A stretch of DNA of 60,653 nucleotides, filler included, from Nemertoderma westbladi (Eukaryota > Animalia > Xenacoelomorpha), in the NCBI GenBank assembly GCA_032718475.1. It is 3 parts of 3 records of this genome, joined end to end, with 100 filler letters (N's around TTAATTAATTAA, not from the genome) between each part and the next. Parts side by side here need not be neighbours in the genome. Positions count along the whole stretch, not along the records: positions 1 to 17,339 come from JAUCBJ010000558.1; positions 17,440 to 49,106 come from JAUCBJ010001703.1; 1 more part is not named here. One strand, written 5' to 3'. A program made the translations under genes and the position numbers. The stretch's first letter is position 1. The number at the start of each line of letters is the position of its first letter. Shown here one piece after another: positions 12,041 through 24,005 of the stretch. The notes below the pieces were generated by a model, which ran no database searches, was not told the origin of the DNA, and saw nothing but the letters and a program-made list of their open reading frames with translations.

Positions 12041-13767
12041 AACTTTTGTTATTCATTTCATTAGTGACCTGAGGTCAACCCGTTTTACCTTAACTGACAA
12101 CTACGGTGACGAGAGCGCGAGAATTCCTTCTTAAAAACGAAGAAAGGCTTTCAACTTTCAAGTACGATAGAACGGCTACACTCTTGTGTTGTTTTAACTT
12201 AACAGAAATTTAAAATATCCACTGCCCCTGGCGTTTATTTGAGCATACTGTATTTTAAATGTTTGCCTGATATTCAATTGATGTGTACCGCCTTCTGGCA
12301 AAGCAGCACCCAGTTTAAGCTATCGATCACATCTAGCGAGTAGCTACCCACGGACGGGGTTACGATATATGGCGCTGTGTACTGAAGCAGCCCGTTATAC
12401 AGTATAAAGTATTTTAGATAAGTCATAATGATGTACAGCCGTGACTAGACAATAAAATATCCAAGTTTATATATTTCATCCGTTGTTGTACAGTATGTAG
12501 TTTGCGTATGTAATTTTATAATAAAATCTTAGTAAATAACATTTATGGTAGCAAACTCTTATAACACCTTAATACGAATTTGCCGTTTATCAATATTGGC
12601 TGAATTAATTGTGTATTTGTGTTAATTTCCTTTTATATTTCTCCCTAAATTGGCTTTATATCGAATTTATGCTTAATATTCTTTAATAATCGCGAAATTA
12701 ATGTTACGGCCAGCAACCTATAAGCCCACCGGGACAGAATTCATTACCATATATGGTAATAATTTGTGAAATGGGGGAAAGGGATCACAACCCGGCTTCC
12801 CCATTGGCCCAGCTGTTCTAGGTTAGTCTAATGGTGGCATGGTTTACTGGACCAATGAAACGATTATTGCGTCATACCTATTTCGTCAGCTATGTAAATT
12901 GTTGATGCTGATTCCTTTGATTGCTTCTTAATTACAATCTCGAACAATGATTTCTGCATTTGACCCTTGATTTCTATGTAATTGAGATGTGATAATCCTT
13001 ACGGGGATTTCTTTCAGACTGTCAGACAGTTTGCGAACGCATGCGCCGATACGGTAACTATTTGTTTTAGCATGGAGGGCTACGGTATTGGTAGGCACGG
13101 CAGGCACACCGGGGAAGCGACGGAGGGAAGAGTGGAGGATCCAATGTGGGGCAACGCTGGTGGGGGGCCACTGTTGCAGTCGGGCTAATCAGTTAAGGAC
13201 CGGGCACCAGTCGTCATTACAGTATTTGGGGGGTGACGATCCAGATTTAAAGTAAAAAGACAGTTAAAATAAAATAAAGCATAGCGGAGCATAAATCATA
13301 AAGCATAAATCCGCATAGCGGAGAGTAGTTTAGGTGTTTGTTTAGAATACCGTAGACTATTCACACTAGGCGGTTATTTGAAAATAGCGGGGCAACGGGC
13401 TGACAACAGTATCTAGTATACAGTAGTAAATCCGCTGGTCTAAAACCAGCCAAAGGCCAAGTTTTGTCATTAAGAAAATAAATAGATTTATTCCGTTCTT
13501 AAATATTAAAATATTCTCACAATCGACACATTCCTCCCTGTAAATTCCAGTGTTTTTGTGATAAGTGACAACGTCGAGTGCTAGACCACCCGCACTCATT
13601 TTAGGTAGCTTAGGGAGCCGATTCAGGTTTATTGTTTTGGTTATTCCTGCGTGGCTCATAGATTCGAACAGTTAGCTCTCTGTTGAGCAATCAATAGAGA
13701 AAGGAGCAAGGAGTCAAAATATAAATTAATAAAACCTCTCTGAAACAATAAAAATACCTACAAAAAA

Positions 13768-13931
13768 ATACTGCAGTAATAAATATTAGTTACTGCAGTA
13801 ACATATAATAATTACTGCAGTAACAAATATTTATTACTGCAGTAACAAATATTTATTACTGCAGTAATAAATATTTATTACTGCAGCAACAAATATTTAT
13901 TACTGCAGTAACAAATATTTATTACTGCAGT
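13768..13931. repeat. Tandem ~22-bp palindromic array within the Tc1-like MITE
   Basis: Repeats of AAATATTTATTACTGCAGTAAC. Homologous array at ~27362-27625. Confidence 0.85.
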
Positions 13932-15853
13932 GTTTTTTGGAAGCATATTTATTGTTTTATAGAGGTTTTTATTACTTATATTTTCTCTTTAGTAGTCAAA
14001 GTCAATATACCCCATACCATTGCCAGTTTCAGGCAGGACTGTATGAAATGACTGACAGTACTGCTTTGAAATATTTGAGGACACTTTGTCATTTTATTGG
14101 ACCACTTTTAGAACTTTGAGACACTTTTAGTTCTTTGAGAAAATCTCAAAGAACAGATGCACTTTGAGACCCCGACTTTATTTGTCGGAATACTTGTGCT
14201 GTCAGTCGAGTCTGGCCTTAGAACGACTTGACCTTTGATTTTTGTTATTTGACCTTTGGATTTATCATTCGATATGATATTCATCGAAGCGGTTTCCCCT
14301 CGAGATACTTCACAGTTCCTATGTAGACACTCACCGAAATTGTCAGACTAATTGGTTAATATAGTGAATAATGGTAAGCATCCAAATTACATACAAAAAA
14401 TGCGTGATACACACACTCGCAGTACCAGAGCTATCATTTACGGGTGTAAACGATACGCTGACAACCAACAGCCAACAACCACTGCTGACAACAGCAAATG
14501 TGGAATTGTAACCTGAGTTCGTGACTCTCGTTTATTGTTTTGGTTAGAATAACCTTTCCACTGTAACCTGTTCTTTCCCTCAATTAATAAATAACATTTA
14601 TTAGCTTTAATAATAGTTGTTGGCGTTGTTTGGCAGCGTATATAGCGTTTGTGCAGCTAATTTTGCTGTACATTTTATTTGCTGTACATTTTAATTTAAA
14701 TGTTTTGGTTATGGGAATTTACTGTGTGTAAAATAAATTACCTGGTTAGGATCTAACATAATGTCTGTATGTGCCTGACTTGTAATATTGTTACCGGTAT
14801 TACTTACTCATACAGTTTTGTATGTACAGTACATACCCATACCAGTACTGCAGTACCTTACCGGCAGACCGGTACTGCACTGCTGCATCGTATAACTAAC
14901 TATATTCAATAAACACTCTCAACTGCAGTCTCTTTGTAACAATGATACTGTGCTTACTGCCTGCTGAACGAATCTCTTTAATAATTGAATTGATTGTTGC
15001 TTATATCTTCTACTGCTTTATATCAATAAATTGCTGTTTAACTTTTGTTCTATTGCTGCTGTTACCTACAGTACATGTTGATCCTACAGTTTTGACATAC
15101 TAATGTAACTGATGCTGTAATGCACTAATGATTGTTTTGGCTTTGAGCCTATGTTAATGAATCAAGAATGTTTAATTGATTGCTTATACTTTCCTTATAA
15201 CCTACCTACTTTCTTATTGATTGTCAATTATTATATTCTGGGATTGCTTTATACTTACTGCTTTTGCTTGCTTCAATACTAATAGCCTAGCATCTACATT
15301 TATAAATATTAGGGTCAAATACCCAAATTGCCTACTGTATACAGCGTTTACATCCATCATTTGACCTCCCTAATCGTAAATCTTCCAAAACTGATACTTT
15401 CTTTTTTAACGGAATTTATAATTGGATTGCTTAAGATTAGTTTTGTATAATTTATTTCATAATTTATATAATAGTTTTAGGTTGTAAGGTTTTTAGGTTT
15501 TAGGTTTATAATTTATATATTAGTTATATGTTAGTGAGGTGTATGTTGTGTAATATTTATTTATTTATATTGACCATCAAATATACTAAAATTTAAAATT
15601 TGAGGAGAAAAAACAACCAGGTTCCATACACTACACTTATGGCCGGCTGTAAAAATACAGTAGATCGGTCTCGATTAAATCCAGATCTGGGAATTGTGTA
15701 AAGTAATTCACAAGTCTAAAAAAACTCATTTGTAACCTGGAAATATAAAAGAAATAAGCTGAAATGCTTTAGGGGTAATCCTTTTACCTGTGCTCTTCCC
15801 TGCCTAGTGCCTAGCCTATATATATGAACTTATTCACTCATTAATTAACTTAC

Positions 15854-15994
15854 CATCACATGTAACACCATCTCCAGTGTACTGATTGGGGTGTTCATCA
15901 TCACAGGCACAAGTAAAGCTTCCGATGGTATTCGTACACGTAGCGCGATTGGGATCATCGCAGTTGTCGGTATTCATTGTACACTCATCTACAT
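15854..15994 (-). CDS. Internal exon encoding a calcium-binding EGF domain, probably the same gene as the FReD exon
   Basis: 141-bp phase 1-1 exon (CACAG acceptor, GTAAG donor): DVDECTMNTDNCDDPNRATCTNTIGSFTCACDDEHPNQYTGDGVTCD. Not in the ORF track. Confidence 0.88.
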
Positions 15995-16978
15995 CTGTGA
16001 CGGGATAATGTTATTATTATTGTAATCATACATTATCAAAAGATAACTACTACATTATACAGAGCACAATTCATTTAGGTACGACCTGTGCGCGGTGTGG
16101 AGAATAACAGCAAAGTATAATAATAATGTAAGATATTAAATTATTATGTCATGCGATCCATTAGAACCCTTAAAATGGTCAATCGGAGAGCTAGATATGG
16201 GAAAACATTAACCGGGAAAACATCCCAAACACGTTCATGGTTATTTTCGAAAAAATTTGAGAAACAGTTCGAACATGTTCGATTGAAATCGGTATTTAAA
16301 TCTCCACCCAATTAACAATGTATTACGAGTTAGTTAGTTACGATTAAGGAGATTTCCGCGGGTATTTAAATCAGATTAGGTACATACTAAAACATAACGC
16401 AACCTGAACCAAAAAGTGAAAACTAAATTACATTTTTTTCGGTCGTTAGGCCAGGGATTACGCACAAAGTCTGATGACTTATTTCCACTGCGGTCCCCCC
16501 AGAATTATACTCCCCAGTGGAAATTGGTTCTCTTTTAGCAACAATTTAAGGAAACAAGGCAGAGATGTGTCCTAGCTAGAGCCTAGAACATTCGTACCGA
16601 AACGAAAACTGCCCTGGCCCCCATGAAGGGGTTTGAACCCACGACGTCCGACAGTTGTGAATTCAATGCAACTGCTACATGGTTTGCAGTTAGTTACAGG
16701 TCGGTATCAGTACCTCAGAAATTACGGCAAAATTTGTTTCTGAATTTAATAATATGGGCCTACAGTATTATCCATATTTGCAAACACAATGGCAGAGGTT
16801 TTAGATCAATTGAATCGGCATGTAAACTATTGGCAGCCCAATTGAATAATGGCTAATATAGATCAATTAAAATATATTTTAGATTTGTAACAGGTTGGGG
16901 ATACACGACATTGTACCACTAACCCACGAATCGAATCGAATGAGCTATGCTAAGATGTCGACGACCTATCCAGTCTTG

Positions 16979-17339
16979 ACTACTACTACTACTACTACTA
17001 CTAGGATCGGCATGCTGCATTGCAGCTGCATTTTTAAGAATGCTGTGCCGGCAATTTGGAATCATGCGCAAACAGCAAGCATTCCTTGAATCACTGGACA
17101 AAACGTTGTACAAGAAAAAAGTGCAGGGTAGTAAAAAAAACCAACTACAGTTGATGATGACATTTCTAATATCAATATCATTCACCAGATATTCAAAGTA
17201 ACTGACGTTACACAAGGAATCCCGGTAGCCTGTATTTCAGTCGAACAGCTGCTGGGCGAACCCAAAATCAACGCGATTTTGAAGCATCTAATATTGGTAA
17301 AGGTACCCGATGCTACATACACCCGTACTACGATTATAA
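16979..17339 (-). mobile_element. SINE-like element with an RTE-derived 3' end and (AGT)n tail, cut by the gap
   Basis: 17002-17052 is the reverse complement of the RTE 3' end at 54141-54191, followed by (AGT)n. Its upstream body is unrelated to the RTE ORF. Confidence 0.55.
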
Positions 17340-17439
17340 NNNNNNNNNNNNNNNNNNNNNNNNNNNNNNNNNNNNNNNNNNNNTTAATTAATTAANNNNN
17401 NNNNNNNNNNNNNNNNNNNNNNNNNNNNNNNNNNNNNNN
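17340..17439. other. Assembly gap with TTAATTAATTAA linker
   Basis: N runs flank TTAATTAATTAA (17384-17395), which has stops in all six frames. Confidence 0.95.
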
Positions 17440-20400
17440 TTATTAAGCCAATAAAGTTTATCATCAAAGCTGCTGAGTGCAAATTTATTTTGCTTTAAGG
17501 TATAAATACGATGTAATTTAGATTGAAATCTGTGTATGTTTTTTTTTATTTCTTCATTTGAGTTATATGCTTTTAAATATTCTTCATGTGTAATATTCGT
17601 TTCCACAACAGCTCTTGTAATACCTTTTGCTCTACGAATATTTTTATTATTCCATTCCAAAATTGAATATAATTTTGGTCTTAAAAATACTGCTTCTTTA
17701 ATTTCACATGAGGCTAGTTCGTCTTTACAGTAATAGAGCCTAGATTTATTTTTATCACTGTAGAGCGGGTGATCCTTGGGGTAATTGGATGTATCTAAAA
17801 TATTATTTTTAATTAAGGCTTTTAAGAAATTATTCTGTGATGTGTTATAGTAACAGCCTATCAAAGAGTCGGTGTCTGACGCAGCAATTTCAATACGACA
17901 GTTTAATTCTTTCTCAATAGGTAGCAATTTATCGTAATACAGCTGATACATATCCAATTTAGCCAAGTCCAACACAGCGCTACCAATAAATATAGGCTTA
18001 TCGAGAGTTACAGAGTCTTTCACTAATAAATGTCCCGATAGTGTATTATTGTATATTATAAATTGTTCATGATTAATACGATTTACCAATTGATCGCATT
18101 TATCGTTGCTATTTGCGATACGAAAGTTACATCGATCTCGTATTCTCTCTATTGATTTGCCAAACAGCGAATTATTGAGCAATTTCGCGACAGCGGTTTC
18201 AATGTAACTTTTTGCTAGGCGCCTTTGATTAATATTAAAATCTATGTAGGGTTTAAATACAAATTCTTGTTGAAAAGAATATAATTTATGGAGCTTAGTA
18301 ACAATTAATCCATGTTTTATATAAAATTTTAACAGTTTCAAATGTAAATGATAAAACTCTTTATCAAATTGCGTCAGCAAGAGTTTTGCTGTTGGCATCC
18401 TATATTTACGGGAGGTACCTCTTTGTATCGACAAGTTATTAAATTGTTCCCGCATATAAGGCGAAAGCATTGTTTCATTTATACTTAAATGCTCAGGAGC
18501 TAACGGTAATTGTAATGTTTGATCGTGAATAGCTTTGGGATAATTTAAATCACATATTAAAAAATATCCCGGTAGAGCCCTCAATGTCTAAATCTACCAA
18601 GTACTCGATTAGTTTTTCAGGAATTGCATTCTCTAAATGTTTAATACTTACTTCTTTGAATTGCGAGGTGGGTAGTTTTTTACTTAAATTCCCAGAATAT
18701 AAAGAGTTGAAATCAATATTAAAAATATGGCATTCTTCCTTAGTAGAATCATATGTGCTTGTTCCAGGTATATTTGATTCTATATAATGCTTTCGACAAA
18801 ATGAAACACCACCCCTAATTGATTTTTCAAAATCTCTATATGTTTGATAATCCTTTATTAATTCTATTTTACATTTATTATATTTTAGCGCGCAATCATA
18901 GGTAAATGACGCAATACTACAGTAAAAAACCACTTCTAAATCGTAATTTTGTTTACAAACATTCCTAAAATTCTCAAATATATCAGCAAGCAAACAAACA
19001 TCGAGTTTTAAATAGGCTAAAAGATAATCTTTGAGATTCACACAGTCGAATTCTACCCATGATATTCCCGCAAACCTATAATCTTCAATTGTGCATGTTT
19101 TTTGACTTAAGTTACTAAAAAAATTATTTATAGATGGCAAACCTGTATCATTAAATTTATTAATATCTGTCAAGTACTCGTATGGAAATATACCTTTCCG
19201 TTTAATTGTTGAGTTATTCAAGTTTGGATAAAAATATTTCATTTCTTGTAGAGTAATAGGTAATATTGAGCTTATATCATGACTCGCTACATCCTTTGTT
19301 GAACATTCAACTAAATTACTTAAAGAAAAGCTTAAAAATTGATATGTGTCTAAGAAACGTAACTCAATTTTTTTAGAAGTGTTTTTAATTGGGATAAACG
19401 CACTCAGTGAAATATATCGTTCTGTATTTCTCGGTATAACCTTTATATCCCAATCGGTGTATTTCTTATCTCTAAATCCAGTTTGTAATATACAATGTAT
19501 ATCGTACTGGTTGGAATTGTGCCCACAAAGTACATACAGGTATCGCTTCAATGATAAACTTCGGTTACAACTATTACATGCTGCCGCAATATATTTACCT
19601 GTGATATGTGAATGATGTCTGTTTTTCCCTACATTATTATTTAAAGTAATATTACAATAAAAACAGAATTTTGCTTGTTCAAAATTTACAAAATCAATAT
19701 TAGTAAATAACATAGTTTTATGAGTGTATATGTCTGACCAACAACATAATTCAGTTATATCAGTATATAATGAATCTAAGAAATCTTGAATACAATTATT
19801 ATTATTTGATTTTACGAATGTTTTCAAATGACATTTTGGGGGGTTAATTAATTCAGTATTGGGAACAATTAAATAACTCACAGCACACGGTATATGCTCC
19901 TGTATAAATTGATTATTAACTGTAGGTTGTAAGATACATTCTATATCAAAGTAGGTGACAAACAATGGGGATAAGGTTCTATCTAAATTTGTAAAACTAA
20001 TGTGTGTTCTTTTTTTATTAGGCAGTTTCTCACGCTGACTTCTTCCTTGGTAGCAGACGAGACGGTGTCGATGAAGAACTTCGGAACGAAAAAAATGAGC
20101 CAAACACCTTTCACAATATTTCCTACCTCGAGTATGAAGAGCTCTCGTATTCAGCAATCGATTCAGGTTAGTTATGCAAACATAATGATTCTGTTTAGGT
20201 ACATTGTTATTTTTTACTACAAGTAATATATTTAATAACTGTTTATCCGGTGTAATTTTACTAAACGGAGGTTGTCTTAATATAGATACAGGGGTGCGTT
20301 TATTGTCGTTATTCCAACAGAGTAAATTAATTATATATTTTGAATTTTGTTTTTCAAAAAGTTTAAGCGCTAACTGCCACTCTGTTGGATAATCTTTGTT

Positions 20401-21372
20401 CCCATTGTCAAAAATGAAATGATTCATATAATTTTTGTACTGCGAAGTACGGTTTTTGTGATCTTTCACTTTGCTACTAAATTTTGCGGATATAATTGCC
20501 CATTTAAAACAGTCATTATCAGCCGATTGTATATTTATAACACACTGTTTACCTGATAGAGCCTTAGGTAGTTCCATATATCCATGCCCCTTATATAATA
20601 ACGACCTACACTTAGATTCAGCTAATTTAATTTCAACCCTTAATAAAGATTTAATACGCCACCCGGAACCACGTGTGTTAAAGATGGCTATTTTTTGTAA
20701 TATATTTCCCGTCACATACTCAAACCATGTGTCAAAACTTTCTGATGAATCTACAGTATTAATAGCACCACCGGAAGAATTAAAATAAAAGGTCTCCAAT
20801 TGTTCACCTTGTGAAAAATGTGATCTGTACATTAATACATTTAGACCTAACCACAGTCTAAGAACATTCATTTCTTTCAATCTGTCTAATATTAACTGAA
20901 GAATATTACCTCGAATTTGTGTTAATGCTGTTTCTACATCAGGATAATCTCTAGAAGTTGGGAGGTCGTGGACATAAATTTCAAGACGATTATCGTGAGC
21001 TTCTTGTTCACGTGTAAAAATTGTTGCGCATGTACCAAGAGCCACCCTTAAGTTTTTTCTGGATATTATATTTTTATGTTGCGAAAATTTACGCTTTCTT
21101 GTGTAGTAACATTTCAAGTGACAGTCGTGTCGTAGATAATCGTCATATGTATACTCTTTATTGCAGGTAGAACAAGTCAATTGATAGGTACGGAACTGCA
21201 TTTCTTTACAACCAGTAGTCGTTTCATGTCGTTTACAAATTTCGCTGCATGAAGTCGCGACGTGACACTTTAAACAAGAATAACTTTCAAAATGTGTTCG
21301 TAGGTGGCGTAAATAATTATGTCTAGTTACATTCATATGACAGAATGAACAACATATTGTTATTTTATCCAT
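17440..21372 (-). CDS. Protein-primed DNA polymerase B with N-terminal zinc fingers and an endonuclease-VII-like insert; one frameshift; 3' end in the gap
   Basis: Exonuclease motifs YFDIEC, GHNSNQYD, YLKLDV. Insert CFYC..RHHSHITGKYIAAACNSCN. Polymerase motifs DFNSLYSG, KLLNNSLFGK, SDTDSL, and KLYS..KG. One extra G near 18568-18570 splits ORFs 18550..21372 and 17388..18584. Confidence 0.92.
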
Positions 21373-21391
21373 GTTGAAGTTTGTTTAGATA

Positions 21392-21425
<34 letters not shown>

Positions 21426-21563
21426 TATGTCCAAAGATTAAAATAAAATGAAATGAAATGAAATTGACTATATCTAAACATTTATATGCTAGTGGGGAAA
21501 TAATTTTAAATCAATCACCAATCACCTATGGCTATTGGAAACCACAAAGAGTTTAACTTATGA

Positions 21564-22643
21564 TCAGGGGCTCCCCATGTTAGAATAATAATCAGGTTTC
21601 CATGGAGAATTAGTAACTGGATCTCTTGGAACTAGCTGACCGACAACTTTCTGTTTCTTTGCAGGTGATGCGTTGGTAAATTTACTCGATGATCTTGGCT
21701 TCCGAGGTAATATTTCAGGAAAGACCTGCTGCTGCTGCGGTTGAGAGCAACTCTCTTCAACATCTGGATTAGGTGATGGGATCTCTACGAACGCTTTAGG
21801 TTTATCCAAAAGGACAAAGCCGTCAACGTGGGCTTCAGTAAGAGAAACGCCATCCATCGATTCTTTGAGAAAACTAATATGAGCTTTATCATTCAAGTAA
21901 TGCAGCTCAATAGAATTTCCGCCGGTGCCTACTTCGATAGAATTATCGGTGTTGGTGATAATAATTTTTTTATTATTGGTTTTAATCAGTTTGAGCCGGT
22001 CTGATAATTGAATGATATTTTTATCAAAAAGATTCTTGTCTGTTTCAGCGACTTGGTTGTCCCACTCTCGCAGCAAAACAGTTAGTTCCTGATTTGACAA
22101 ATTGAAACCTGTATAATAGTTAAAACCAACACTATCAGTGTATCTGAGGCTGATTTTCCATAAGCCAACATAGTTGGTTCCTTTAAAAGCTGTTACAAAT
22201 CCAATAAACTCTGGATTTGATAATTCAATGTAGAATTGATTGCTAATAATCTCTAGCGGTGGAGAGAGAAATTGCAATAATTTCCCTCTGTATTGAATTA
22301 GAACTTCAGTAAAAGCTTTGTTGAGAACTTTACATTTGCCTTGTTTCTGAACGTAAACATCACCCGATGTGGGGTTGATGGAAATATTCAAATTTCCCCG
22401 CGCAAAACGAGGAGTTGGATATATCCTACCTGGTATAATTGCTGGTCTGGATTGATGTTGGTTGTTGTTGGTTGTTTCTAGAATGTCTAGCAAATAGCGG
22501 GTATCTTGATGAGAAAAACAAATCGATTCGTGGTCCTCCTGAGATTCCACAATAAAATACTTGCTGTGAACGACGGTACAAGTATATTTATTGTAAGTAA
22601 ATTTCCAGCTATTTGTTGCTCCGGTTTTTTGCGTTAAGGCCAT
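21564..22643 (-). CDS. Maverick accessory protein with a PC4/Sub1-like ssDNA-binding motif
   Basis: Intact 359-aa ORF co-oriented with pPolB. FVTAFKGTNYVGLWK...GFNLSNQEL resembles the PC4 consensus V..FKG..Y.DIR...GISL...Q. Basic NLS-like tail PAKKQK. Confidence 0.6.
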   Translation of the reverse strand: MALTQKTGATNSWKFTYNKYTCTVVHSKYFIVESQEDHESICFSHQDTRYLLDILETTNNNQHQSRPAIIPGRIYPTPRFARGNLNISINPTSGDVYVQKQGKCKVLNKAFTEVLIQYRGKLLQFLSPPLEIISNQFYIELSNPEFIGFVTAFKGTNYVGLWKISLRYTDSVGFNYYTGFNLSNQELTVLLREWDNQVAETDKNLFDKNIIQLSDRLKLIKTNNKKIIITNTDNSIEVGTGGNSIELHYLNDKAHISFLKESMDGVSLTEAHVDGFVLLDKPKAFVEIPSPNPDVEESCSQPQQQQVFPEILPRKPRSSSKFTNASPAKKQKVVGQLVPRDPVTNSPWKPDYYSNMGSP

Positions 22644-22713
22644 AATAATAATAATAATAATAATACGAAAAATATTACGAGTGATAAATTTTAAACCGTA
22701 TCGCTGTAATAAA

Positions 22714-22996
22714 TTGACACCATAGTTCTCACTCTAAAATTGTGTTTGGTCGGAAGACAACGCCTGATAAAAATGATGCTGAGTTCGACATTAGGTATCG
22801 ACACAAAAACAAAAATTGGGTGAGACACGTAGCTCAGATTTTCGTTTTTAGGTCGATACCCAATGCTGGAATCAGTATCATTTTATGTGGCGTCGTTTTC
22901 CGACCAACGAATATACAACGAGTAAGATAATGTAGAAATTATTAAGGAGATAACACAATGTCAGAGTGAGAACAAAAAAATTAGATATGGTATCAA
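22714..22996. repeat. Long imperfect inverted repeat (hairpin) upstream of the PC4-like ORF
   Basis: Paired arms TTGACACCATA/TATGGTATCAA, GTTCTCACTCT/AGAGTGAGAAC, TGGTCGGAAGACAACGCC/GGCGTCGTTTTCCGACCA, GGTATCGAC/GTCGATACC. Confidence 0.8.
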
Positions 22997-24005
22997 TATA
23001 TTACCATGAATAAGATTACAAGTGATGAATTTTATTAAAAACATTCACTTATATATATAAATTTGTGATGTGGCATAGTCAACGAAGAAGAGATGGTACG
23101 TGTCATAATCATCGACGAATAAGAAAAGAGATGAGGAGCAACGTGGATGAATAGCTGGCTGGTTGATTGCGTGGATAGGAAATACATGAAAGAATATGAA
23201 TCATAGGGTTGTGTGTGTAATAATCAATAATTATTATAATAAAAAACGTGCAGTATAATGTTAGCGGTGGTAGCCTTTCAATATGGCACAGATGCTGTGG
23301 TTAGCTTGAGTAACTACTATGCAAATGTTGTTCGTATACGTGTAGCTGGGACGTGGCGGAATTTCAACACGTATCATAATAGCGTTGGATTGGACTGGTA
23401 GGCAGGCTGCTTGGTTGGTTGGATTGGCGACAGCAGTTGTGGAGTTGGCAATCAATATAATATATGCATGATGCGTGTAGTTGGTGGCCACGTTGTCAGC
23501 ATATACAGTATACAGTGGTTGGTTGCGTGAATAGGAAATAACTATGGAAATGTTCGTATACGTGTAGCTGGAAACGTGGTGGAATTTCAACACGTATCCT
23601 ACTGCTGGACTGGTAGGTTGCTTGGTTGAATGGATTGGTGACAGCCGTGGTGAGTTGGTAATCGATTCGATATAATAGCGTAGTGGGGGCTAGCCACGCG
23701 TTGAGAGGTTACGATACGCGCGAAGATGAATATGCGATGGTTGGTTGATGCAACGACTCGAACCAATACTGACGGGAGGTAACAGCTGTAGGAGTAAGGC
23801 GGGCATCGCGAGGTTAGGCTACGCGTAGGTGATACGCAGCGATTGGTTGAAGGCAACGAGGCGAATCAATATTGATGGCGACAGATGGTCATTAAACACC
23901 TCGATTTAGCGCCGAAATTTGACATTTTTTAATTGCCTCCGAACGGAATGCCCATAGCCCAAGCTTAGGGAGGACTTCTGCCGGGGCCATGCTTTATCTA
24001 CTACT

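Larger units (their letters stand above)
11214..14178. mobile_element. Non-autonomous Tc1/mariner-type element, copy 1 (intronic, eroded ends)
   Basis: TIRs CAGTC(A/G)GGGTCT(T/C)AAAGTGCATCTGTTCTTTGAGATTTTCTC. Outer ~1.1 kb and ~0.5 kb are homologous (inverted) to the copy at 27120-29102. Confidence 0.8.
17440..24005 (-). mobile_element. Maverick/Polinton (adintovirus-like) terminal segment inserted into BEL gag
   Basis: Protein-primed PolB plus a PC4-like ORF. The end reads AGTAGTAGATAAAGC on the minus strand (plus strand ...TATCTACTACT at 24005), the typical Polinton AGT-repeat terminus, and directly abuts BEL gag sequence. Subterminal direct repeats near 23331 and 23552. Confidence 0.8.

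Noticed and set aside
16615-16700. tRNA-derived SINE head on the minus strand (GGGTTCAAACCC)
   Set aside because: Only a B-box-like motif; no convincing A box, tail or TSD.
17384-17395. TTAATTAATTAA inside both N gaps as a biological motif
   Set aside because: Identical six-frame-stop linker in both gaps; most likely added during scaffolding.
18550-18584. Programmed frameshift in pPolB
   Set aside because: One extra G in a short run explains it and it falls inside the polymerase domain; mutation or sequencing error is simpler.
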